A stretch of DNA of 64,000 nucleotides, from assembly GCA_004431415.1 (NCBI GenBank), contig QPMI01000176.1, positions 1-64,000 of the forward strand, read 5' to 3'. Both the position numbers and the translations under genes were made by a program. Each line of letters begins with the position of its first letter. The first letter of the stretch is position 1. This DNA comes from Cyanophora paradoxa CCMP329 (taxonomy: Eukaryota > Plantae > Glaucophyta). Shown here one piece after another: positions 1-10,500 of this stretch. Below the pieces are notes generated by a model that was given only the letters and a program-made list of their open reading frames with translations, had not been told where the DNA came from and made no database searches.

Positions 1-3000
1 CGTCTCGTCGCGCTCGGTCCGCGGCGGCGGCGGCGGCGATGACGACGACCTCGTGCTCGCCCTGAAGCGGCGGGGCCAGCCGGCGGCGGCGCCCTCGGGG
101 GGCCCCGGGGCGGCCCTCGCCTCGGTGCTGGCGGCGGCCGGCGTGCCCCTCTCCAACTGCGACCTGAGCGGGGCGCGCCTCGCGGGGGCGGACCTCTCCG
201 GGGCGATCATGGAGGGGACGCTCCTGCGGGGGGCCGACCTCTCGCGGGCCTGCCTCGCGGCCGCGTGCCTGCAGCGGGCGGACCTGCGGGAGGCCAAGCT
301 GGAGGGGGCCGAGCTCGGCGAGCGCCTCCCCGTCACCGTCGAGGGCCCCCCTTCCTCCGCCTCGCCCTCGCCCGCGACGCCCCGGTACCCTCCCGCCCCG
401 CCGCTGCCCCCGCGCCCCGCCGCGAGCCCCGCCGAGCGAGCGCGCGCGCGTGCGCAGGTGATGGCGCTGGCGTGCGCGGACGGGAGCGTGACCGTCGCGG
501 ACGCGGCGACGGGCCGCACCGTCCGCTCCCTCGTCGTCTGCCCGCCCCCGACGAGTACGGCCAGTCGCCATCGAGGCCCGCCGCCCCTCCCCCTCCCTGC
601 GCCCCGCCCGCGCTCGCGCTGACGCTGCGGCGGCGGCAGGCCCCGCCGGGGGCCCCCGTGGTGACGTCGGTGGCGATCTCGGCGGACGGGCGCGCCGTGG
701 CGGCGGGGTGCGAGGACGGCACCCTCCGCGTCTGGGACGTCCAGAGCGTGCGCCGCCCCCGCCCCCGCCTCGGCCTCCCCTCCACCCCGCCTGACGCTCG
801 GGCAGGGGCGGGAGGTGGCGACGCTGGCGGGGCACCCGATGTCCCCCGTGCACGCCCTCCGCCTCTCCGACGACGGCGCCGCCCTCCTCTCCGGTGCCCC
901 GCGCCCCCGCCCCTCCCCCCCGCACCGCCCGCGCCCGCTCACGCGGCGGGGCGGGCAGGGTCGTACGACAACACGGTGCGGCTCTCGCACGTGGCGGGCC
1001 CGCACGCCGGCCGTTCCGCCGTCTTCGGGCGGGAGGACCTCGGGGGCGAGGCCTGGGTGCGCCCCGCCCCGCCCCTCCCCTCCTCGAAGCGGGCGGGGCG
1101 GGGCCGACGGGGCGGGCGGGCAGGTGTCGGGGGTGGACGCCTCGCGGGACATGGGCGTGCTCGTCTCCGCCGCCGGCGACGAGCGCCGCGCCCTCGTCTG
1201 GGACCCCGCCTCCCCCGCCCCCCGCGCCGCCCTCGCCGGTGCCCCCGCCCCGCCCATCCGCCCCGCTCCCCGCCCCGCGCCTGCTCAGCCTCCCGGCAGG
1301 GTTCCACGAGGCGCCCGTGGGCGGCGCCGGCGTCTCCCCCGACGGGCGCTTCGCCATCACCGTCGCCGGGGACGGCTCCTGGGCCCTCTGGAACGTGCGC
1401 TTCGCCCCCCGAAGAAGGAAGCGTCCCCGAGGATCGCCGCGCCCTGACTCTCGCCCGCCCGGCGCGCCCCGCCCCCGGCAGGCCCTCTCGGGCGAATTCC
1501 TGCACGGCAACCGCGGCGGCTCGCGCGTCCGTGGGCCCCTGCCCCCGCCCGCCCCGCGCCGCTCCCCGGGGCCCGGCGGCCCCGACGCCGAGGAGGGTCC
1601 GCCCGCCCCCGATCCCCTCCCGCTCCTGCCGCGCCCGACGCGGCTGCAGCGGACCCGGCGATGGAGCGGGCGGCGGCGACGCGGCGCGCGTGGGCCGTCT
1701 CCTGGCGCGGCGGCCTCATCCTCGTCGCCGGTGCGCATGCCGCGCCGCTGCCGGACCTGCGGGGTCGGCAGCGGGGCCTGACGGGGCCCCCGTGCAGACG
1801 GGAGAGCGTGGTGCTCTTCGACCTGAACTCGGGGGCGGCGGTGGGGCGCGTGGCGACGGGCGCGCCGCCCCTCTCCCTCGCCTGCTCCGAGGACGGCCGC
1901 CTCTTCTTTGCCGCCCTCGCCGCCGATCCCGGCGACGCCCCGCCCCGCCCCCGCGCCGCGGCGCCCGCCGCGGCGCCCGCAGCGTGCGCCCCCGCCCCGC
2001 CCCGCCCCGCCCGCCCCGCCCCGCCCCGCCGCTCCCGAGCTGAAGCCGGCGGCAGGTGCCGGCGGGGCGGACGGTGCTGGTGGGGGAGCTGGGCGGGAGG
2101 CGGCGCGGGCCTCGAGCGGCTTCGGGGCGGCCTGCGGCGCCGCCGCCGAGAAGCGCCAGCTCCTCTGCATCGGCGACGAGGTCCCGCCCCCCCCCCCCCC
2201 CCCCCCCCCGCCCGCCCGCCCCGGCGGCGCCGGGCTGAGACGCGGGGCGGCAGAGGGGCGAGCTGCGGCTCATCTCGCTGGCGTCGGGGCGGACGGCGCG
2301 GGCGCTGCGGCCGCCCCCGAGATGGCGGGGGCGCCGACGGCGGTGGACCGGCCGGCCTCGGGGCGCGCGGGGCGTGCGGGCGGTCTGCTGGTCGGCCGAC
2401 GAGTCGAGCGTCGCCGCCGCGTACGACTCGGGCGGCATCGTCGTGCGCCCGCCCCGCGCCCCTGCCGGCCCCGCCCTCCGCCCTCCCCTCACGGCGCCGC
2501 GGCGCGCAGCTGTACGACGTGGAGTCCGGGGCGGCCTTCAGCCTGGTGCAGTCGCCCGTGCCGCCGGCCTCGATCTGCTTCGCGGGCCCGGCGCCCGCTG
2601 CCTCGTGGCCTGCGGGCGGCCCGACCCGCTCACCGGCGCCAGCCTCACGTGCGCGCGCGTCGCGGCCCCGCCCGCCCCGCCCTCTCCGCGCTGAGCGCCG
2701 GCGCGCGCAGCGTGCACGACGTCGGCTCCAGCAGCGGGCGCCCCGTCTCGGGCCCCGGCGCCGACGGCGCCCGCTCGCGCCCGTCCTCGCGATCGCCGCC
2801 TGCCCGCCCCTGCCCGGCCAGCCGCGCTGGTGCCGCCCAACGCCCTCCCCGTCGCCGCCGGTCCGCCCCGCCCCGCCCCGCCACCGCGCCCCGCGGCGAG
2901 GCGCGCGGGCGACGCGGGGCGCAGCGTGCGGGGACGGGACGGTGGAGCTGGTGGACGCGCGGACGTCGGGGCGGCTGCGGACGCTCTCGGCGCACGGGGC

Positions 3001-5085
3001 GGCCGCCGCCTGCGTCGCCTTCGCCCCGGACGGCCGCTTCCTCGCCTCGGGCGGCCTCGACGCCACCGTGCGCCCGCCCCGCCCGCCCGCCCCGCCCCGC
3101 CCCAGGCCGGGAGCCCGAGCCGGGGACGGCGGGCAGGTGTGCGTCTGGTCGCTGGCGAACGACTGCGAGCTCCTCCACGTCCTCCTCGTCCGCCCCCTCC
3201 GCCCGCCCTCCCCCGTCGCCAAGACCCGCCCCGCTCACCGGGGGGCGCGCAGGGGCACACGGGCCCCGTGCGGGCGGTGGCGTTCAGCGCGGACGGGGGC
3301 GCGGCGAGCCACGCCGGGGGCCCCTCGTGCTGCTCTCGGGCGGGGAGGACCGGGCGGCGCGCCTCTGGGACGCCGTCGACGGCTCCGAGCTCTGCTGCCT
3401 CGCCCGCCACCACCGCGGGTCCGCCCCGCCCCGCCCCGCCCCGCCCCGCCCCGCCCCGCTCGTCCTCGCCGGCGAGCGCGCGGGCGCAGGCGCTGCACAC
3501 GCTGCACCTCTCGCGGACGCGGGCGGTGCTGGTGACGGCGGCCGCCGACGACGTGGTGCGGGGCTACGACTGGGTGCCCCCCGCCGGCGGCCGCAAGTCC
3601 TCCCTCGCCCGCTTCTTCTCCCCCTCGGCCGTCAGCGCCGCCGCCGGCTCCGTGGTGGACGCCTCGGCGGGGGGCGGCGTGGGCCTGCCCCCCGAGAAGG
3701 CGGGGCTCGGCGGGGCGGCCTCGCGCCGCCTCTCGGGGCTGGCGCCGCCGCGCGCCAAGAAGGGCTTCCTCCGCAAGCTCGGCGCCTCCTGCTCCTGCTC
3801 CTGGATCCCCGACGGCTGCCTCCAGGCCCGCCCCTGCGGCTGCTGCACCGAGGTCCGCCCCTCTCTTAAGCTTCCCCGCCCGAGGCCTCCCTCCCGCCCA
3901 CGCGCCCCCTCAGATGACGGTGAGCAACTTCCTGGACGACGTCGTCGGCATCGACGGCGTCGCCACCGGCGCCCCCGCCTACGGCGAGGCCAAGGTCCGC
4001 CCGCGCCGCGCGCTGGGGCGGGGCGGCGGGCTGGCCGGGGCCGACGGGGCGGGGGCGGCAGGTGATGCCGGCGCCGGACGGGATGCTGCCGCGCGCCTCG
4101 GCGGGGCCCGAGGGAGCGCGATGGCCGCCGCCGCCGCCGCCGCGCCCAGCGAGCCGCGCCCCGTGCGGGCCGCCCCCGCGGGGAACGCCGCCGAGCGGGA
4201 GGCGGCGGCGCACGAGTTCGGGCTCCGCTGGCGCGCGGGGCGGCCCCGGCTCGAGGCCGAGGGGGCCCAGATCGACCCCAGCGCCCTCCAGCGGCCCCTC
4301 GCCCTCTCCGCCCTCGGCCCCGCCGCGGGGGCGGCGCCCCTGCAACTCGCGCAGCGCGGCTCCTTCTCGGGCCCCGGGAGGGCCGCGCCCGCCCGGGCTC
4401 CTTCTCGGGCCCCGCCGGCCTCCCCGCGCCGGGCTCGCGCCACGGGTCCGTCTCGGGCCCCTCGGGCCTCGCCGCGCCCCCCGCGCCGGGCTCCCGCCAC
4501 GGCTCCCGCCACGGCTCCCTCTCCCAGCCGCCGGGCCTCGCCGCCCCGCCCTTCCTCTCCGGCTCCCGCCACGGCTCCCTCTCGGGGCCCCCCGCGCCCC
4601 CGTACGGCGGCCCGGGCGGGGCCTACCCGGGACCGGCCTTCCCGCCCCCGCCGGGGATCAGCAGCTCGCGGCAGGGGTCGCGGCAGGGGTCGCGGCAGCC
4701 GTCGCGGCAGGGGTCCTTCTCGGCACCCTTCGCGCCAGGCGTCCCCGAGCACCGGCCCTCCTTCGACGGATACCCGGCGCCCCCGCCCGACGCCGCCTAC
4801 CGCCCCTCCCTCGACCGCCAGCGCCTCGCCCCGCACCCCCAGCAGAACGGCTACGGCGGCGACCCGTACTCGCAGCAGCAGAACGGGTTTCCCCAGCAGA
4901 ACGGCTACGGAGGCAGCTCCTACGCGCAGCAGGGCGGGTACCCCCAGCCGCCGGCGTCGCAGGGGTACGCCCCAGAGGGGTACGGTGAACCGGGCTCATA
5001 CGCGGACCCGTACGCCGCGGCGTCCGCCGGGGGGTACGCCCCTTCCGATCCGTACGGACAGCAGCAGGCGGGGTACGGCTACTGA
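1..5085 (+). CDS. Pentapeptide-repeat + multi-WD40 protein (probable NACHT/STAND-WD40 type), 5'-partial, many introns, Tyr/Gly/Pro/Gln-rich C-terminus
   Basis: Pentapeptide repeats LSNCDLSGARLAGADLSGAIMEGTLLRGADL. Spliced WD40 units follow: VTSVAISADGRAVAAGCEDGTLRVWD, GFHEAPV..VSPDGRFAITVAGDGSWALWN, AHGAAAACVAFAPDGRFLASGGLDAT|VCVWS, GHTGPVRAVAFS..SGGEDRAARLWD. The last exon reads ..YGQQQAGYGY* with TGA at 5083-5085. Confidence 0.8.
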
Positions 5086-5731
5086 ACAGCCGTGCCGGAC
5101 CTCCAATCAGCCATGATTCCTGCTAGCAGCTAGCTTAAATTCTCGTGCGACTTCACTCCATTTAGCTTATTTATGTGCATGTGGTTGACATGAGTTAACC
5201 GGTTTGCTTTTTTCCTTAACTTATCGCATATGCATCCTCCTGCCGCCAGTGCCGCAGTGCGGCCAGCTGGCTTGTAGCCGTAGCTCGACAGTGCACTTTT
5301 AGCTGGGTTATAGATAGCCGACCTGCATGCGCAATCAGCAATCAACGAATTCGAAAGCCGTACTCGCTGCATGTTATCGTCGTACCGCGCGATCGCTCGA
5401 ATACATTAATATGTTTCATGCCAACAATACACGATATTAATAAGCGCAGACCACAGGCGTGATGCTAGCTAGACCACAGAGTTCTTCGAAGAGGAGAGGA
5501 GGGGGAGTTGGGAGGAGATCTAGAGGGAGCAATATCACTCGGAGCATCCCAGCCGCAAAGCTGGCGCCTACCAAAGGGACGGAAGACATGCGCAGGAGCC
5601 ACCAGGGTTCTTCGGCACTTCCAGCAGGGGGGTGCGCCTGAGGGGCGGGGGTATGAAGGGCTTCGGATCGTTTCTGCGGCGGGGCGCGGTCAGGGGCTGG
5701 GGGCGGGCGCGGCGCCCGAGCTGTAGCTTAC

Positions 5732-6884
5732 TCACTGAGAAGGCGCCTTGTCCTGCGTCTTGCGGTACCTTTCGGCGTACCACCCGCCGAGCAGCGTGAG
5801 CGGCCCCCTGCGCGGCGCCCCGGCCCCGGTCAACAGAGGGCCCCGGGCGGCTCTCAGGCAGCGCTGCGGGGTGCCTGGCGAAGAGGTTGTAGAAGAACGA
5901 CGTATCCCGGCTCTTCATGGCCTTCTTGAGCGGGTCGTCGCCCTTGCCTGGGGCGGGGGCGCGCCGTCGGCCGGCGCTCGGGCGCGGGAGCGGCCGGGCC
6001 TGCCCGGGGGGTACGGGGGCGCACTGAGCCACTGGTCGCGGTGGAGGACGATCCACTGGCCGGTCCCGTCCAGCTCGAGGGTCGTCAACACCTTCACCGC
6101 GAAGGGCTCCTGTCGATTTGGGGGAGGTACGCGTCACGGGGGCGCGCGAGGGCTGGCGGCCTGTGCCTGCCTGCTTGCCGGGCCTGTAGTAATCCTGGTC
6201 GTTCTCGCACACGATCACCGTCGCCTGGGGCCTGAGGAGGCAGCATCAGCAGCGAGGCGAGTGGCTCGGAAGCACGCCGCGACGCATCGGGGGCAGGGAT
6301 TAGCGCTGAAGACGCAAAGCGCAGCTAGCCCCCAGACCGCCAGTCCGCCAATCGCTTAGATGGAGTCCCGGAAAAAAAGTTTGGGCTGGCACTGCGCTTG
6401 CTACGAGACGGGGCTCGGAGTGTTCAGCAGCAAACGCACTTCTGAAGCTGAATGGTGTAGGCCTTCGTTTCCCTGAACTCGACGCGCGTGAAGAACTTCA
6501 ACAGCAGCGTGAACGCTGAGCGCCGGCCGTCAGTTCGCTCGGCGGGCGCGACGCGAGGTTCGAAGGCGAGGCAGGCGGCACGCGGATCCCGGAAAGCCGC
6601 CGCAGGATGCAGGAGGCTCACCGTTCTCAATTTCCCTGTAACCCTTGCATCTGCCCGCGCCCAAGTGGTGAGTGCACGTGCTGCTCGCCTAAAAGGCGCA
6701 GGGGCGCGCGCGCGGGGCATGGGCGAGGTGCGCACGTCGATAGCGGGTCGATGAACTTGCCCTGGTCGCTGAAAATGCTGCGGATGGGGCTGATGTCCGG
6801 CTTCCCGCCCTCGGGATAGATGTACATGCGTTTAACTGTTTCAAGCAGCTGCCGGTGGTGCGCACTCAGAGGCTGCTGTGCCAT
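5732..6884 (-). CDS. Small NTF2/SnoaL-like fold protein (spliced)
   Basis: Exons MAQQPLSAHHRQLLETVKRMYIYPEGGKPDISPIRSIFSDQGKFIDPLST, AFTLLLKFFTRVEFRETKAYTIQLQK, VIVCENDQDYYR, VKVLTTLELDGTGQWIVLHRDQW and ..RKTQDKAPSQ*. The F.DP..., LELD..G..I..HRD.W pattern is typical of SnoaL-like domains. Confidence 0.55.
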
Positions 6885-7153
6885 TGCTTTCCGCACTTCT
6901 TCGTGTGTGTGGGGGGGCGTTGTATCGCTGTACCCCGTTTCGACCGACGTGATGGCGCCGTCTGCAACCCGGCCGTGGTGACCTGATCATGAGGACCTCG
7001 GAGAGCTAGCTCGCGTGACACGCGCCCAGCCGAGTCATGGGGCCAGATAGGAGCCTGAGATAGCCTAGTCGGTTGTATGGAGCTCAGTCTACGGTTTTGC
7101 CCCGCGTGCGTTAGCGTTAGCGTTATCGCCTCTACCTGACCTGAACTGAGCAT

Positions 7154-7543
7154 ATGCGTCTTTGCGCGCGCTTAGATCGGTCGTGCGGCGTGCAGTGCGT
7201 GTTCGGCGGCAGCAAAATGCATATGATGCGCAGGCTCATCGCTCGGGCCCTTGGATCCGGAGCTCAGGAGCGGGTCCGGGGGCAGCTGCCGAGGCGGAGG
7301 CACTGCCAGGCGCCGGCGACGCGTCGACGTCTGGAAGCGCCAGCAGCAACGTTCGCGGCGTAATCTCTATGTGCGCCCCTCGCATGCGTGTGCCCCGCAA
7401 GTTGCTTGAGTAACTTTAGTTCCGGGATATCAATCTGCTTTCTAGATCTGCGCATGCCACTGACGATGCGCGTTCTGCACGTGCACCTCGGATCCTTGTC
7501 GACGTCATTTGCTCTCAGTCTTGACATAAGCGGTGCGCCCCCT

Positions 7544-7574
<31 letters not shown>

Positions 7575-10500
7575 CCGTGCTGTCCCCGGAGGCTAGCGCT
7601 GCTCGTGATTGCCGTTAACGTTCTCCGTGCCCTGACTCCGACCACGCGGACCCCTGCTGCCTACAGGCTTCACCGGTGCATGCGCACTCGCCCAGCCTGA
7701 ATTAAAGACGGTAGCTAAAGATGACGCCGGGCGGGCGCTGCGCGCGCGCAGGGCTGTGCGAGAAGGCGGCGACGAACGATCGGCTGATCGAAGAGCTGTG
7801 CAAGATCATCAACGGCGCCTTCAGGCTAGTACCACCGCGTACCCCTGCTGAACCCTTCGCGTACCCCCTGCTGCGCCCATCGCATTGCTGCTGATCGAGC
7901 GCCCCGCACCGGTACCCCAGCAAGGAGATCGAGGTCGTCGAGAAGCACGGGGGGGAGGTCCTCTGCTTCCTGGTACCCCCTCCCCCATCACACCCCGGCC
8001 TGCTGTACATGTCACATCCCGCGCTGATCCGCGTCCGCAGGGCGACGGTGACTCTATATATGGCCGCGCCGAGGCAGTGATGCGCCAGCGCCCGCGCGGC
8101 TGATCATGAGCGCCTCCGCTTCAGGCCTGCTCGTTTTCTGGCCGGACCTGGCGCCCCCCGGGAGCGACGCGCCGGCCTCCGAAGGGGCCGAGGGGAAGGG
8201 CCGGGGGGCGCCGGCGCTCGGATCCCCGCCGACCAGCAGCAGGGCCGTGCCGCCGGGCCCCCGGTGCGCGCCTTCCGAGCCCGGAGGCTTTGAGCGTGGC
8301 CGGGGCCCCTCGCTGACCGGCGGCGCGGGCCCCGCGCCCCCGCCCCGCATGCGCAGGCCGGGCAGCCCCGAGGCGCCGGGCGAGGCGGGGGCCGCGCGGA
8401 TGGCGGCGCGCGTCGCGGCGGCCGTCCTCTGCGCCCTCGAGATCCAGGAGGCGGGCGCCGCGGCCCGGCCCCCGCTCCCGCCGCCTCGCCGGCCCCTCAG
8501 GCGGCGCCCCGCGCGCGCAGGTCTTCTCGGAGGCGTGCGTCGGGATGGGCTCCGACATGCGCCTCCGCGTTGCCGTCGCCGGTGCGGCGAGCGGGGGCGC
8601 GGCCGCGGCCGGGGCGCCCCGGGGCGATGACGCGCGCGGGGCCGCAGCGGGCGAGTTCGCGGAGTACTTCTGCGGCATCGGGGGCGCGACGAGCGGCGGG
8701 GGTGGGGCCGGGGCCGGGGCGGGGCCGGCGGCCCCCGCCGAGAGCGCCCTCGTCTACAACGCCGGCCGGCCCGTCCCGGGGTGCGGCCCCGACGCAGCGC
8801 GCCGCGCGCCGCCCGACGCGGGCCGGCGCCGCCTGCGGGGCAGGCGCATGGTCCACTTCATCGCGGGGCCGGCCATCGCGGAGGCCGGCGGTGCGCCCCC
8901 TCTCCGAGGCTCCCGCTCGGCGGCCCCGCGCGGCGGCCCACTGCGGCGCCGGCGTCGCGCAGAGGCGCTGGCGGCGGTGAAGGCGGGGAGGTGGCGGTCT
9001 GCGGGTCGGCGCGGCGGCACCTCCCGCCCTCCCTGCTCGGCCCGCCGCCGGCGTCGCTCGCGCCCGCCAGCCGAGCATCTCCCCCGCGCCGGGCGCGCCC
9101 AGCACCCCTTCGCGCAGGGGAAGCGCTAGCGCTGGACTCTCGGTGCCGGGGGCCGTGCCGGAGCGCGAGGGGTGGGGCAGCCCCGCCGCCCCCGAGGGGC
9201 CCGCCGCCGCCCTCCTCAGCGCCCCCGTCGCCCAGGTCTGCGCATGAAGCCCCGTATCCCCCACCCCTGTTCCCCCGCGCCCTGTGCCGCGTGTCGGCTT
9301 TCATGTAACGCGCATGCCCCCCACCACCGCACCGCACCGCCGCACCGCAGCCGCTGTCGCGGGTGGTCGGCCTCGTCGCTGATGCGCCGCGGTGCGTCCC
9401 CCTCCCGCCTCCCTTCCCGCCCGCATCTGAGCCGGCGGGGCGCCCCGGCAGGCCCGGCGGGGAAGCGGCGGGGGGGCACGCGGTGGCGCCCCCCTCCGCC
9501 CGCCCCCTCCTCGAGCGCTGGGCCCGCCGCCTCCCCCAGCCGCCACGCGTGCGCCGGCAGCCTTGCGCGCGCCCTGCGCCCTCGCGCTGAATCCGAAGCG
9601 GCGCATGGGTGCCGGCAGGGCCTCCGGACCCGGCCGAGCTGGGCCCCGACGGGCAGGACGCCGTGGCTCTCTACGTGTACGCCCCGCGCCCCTTCCTGCG
9701 CCGCCCTCCGCCGTGGCGCGCGGCGGCCCCCGAGCGACCCCCGCGCCGGCGGCCCTGCGGATCTGCGCAGGCCGTACACGGTTCGGGCGCGCTTCGAGGA
9801 CATGCGCGAGTGGGCCGCGCTCTCCGGAGTGCGAGACTTCGACCCGTGCGGAATCCACCTACCCCCCTCCCCTCCCCCGGCGGAATCTCACGTATCCCCA
9901 GAACGCGGTTCCTGAGTGAGTTCCGCGTCGTCTCTGTCCTGGTACCCGGCTTTTCGCACCCCCCCCCCCGGCCCCCCCTCTTCGAGGTCTCTCTTCCGAG
10001 CCAGGGTACAGTTCATGAAGCTTGAGGGGCTGGATCCGTCCCACGCCAGCGTTCAGCGGACCGTCAGTACCCTGCAGGCCCGCCCCCGGTCCCTCGATCC
10101 ATCCGTGCCCCGCGGGCCTGATCGGAGCGAGGTGTACCCCAGGCGACGCTGTACAGCTACGAGGGCTCCCTGCGCCAGATCGTCTTCGATGGCGCGTAAC
10201 CCCGCGGCCATCCCCGCATCCCGCACCCCCCAACACCCCATCCCTCACCCCCTCTTCTCGCTTATCTCCTCCGCCCCGCCCCCCCGGTCGGCGGCTCGTC
10301 TCTCACGAGCCCGGGGCCGCGGCTCGCAGACAAGGGGGTGGTCTTCATCGCCGTCTTCGGCCTCTGGCCCTTCGGTGCGCCCTTCGGGACGCGGCGCTCT
10401 CCCTCCCCTCCTGCACTCCGACCCTCCCCTGACACCCGCCGGCGGCGCAGCGCACGAGGACGACCCGGCGCGGGCCGTCGCCTGCGGTGCCCCCGGCCGG

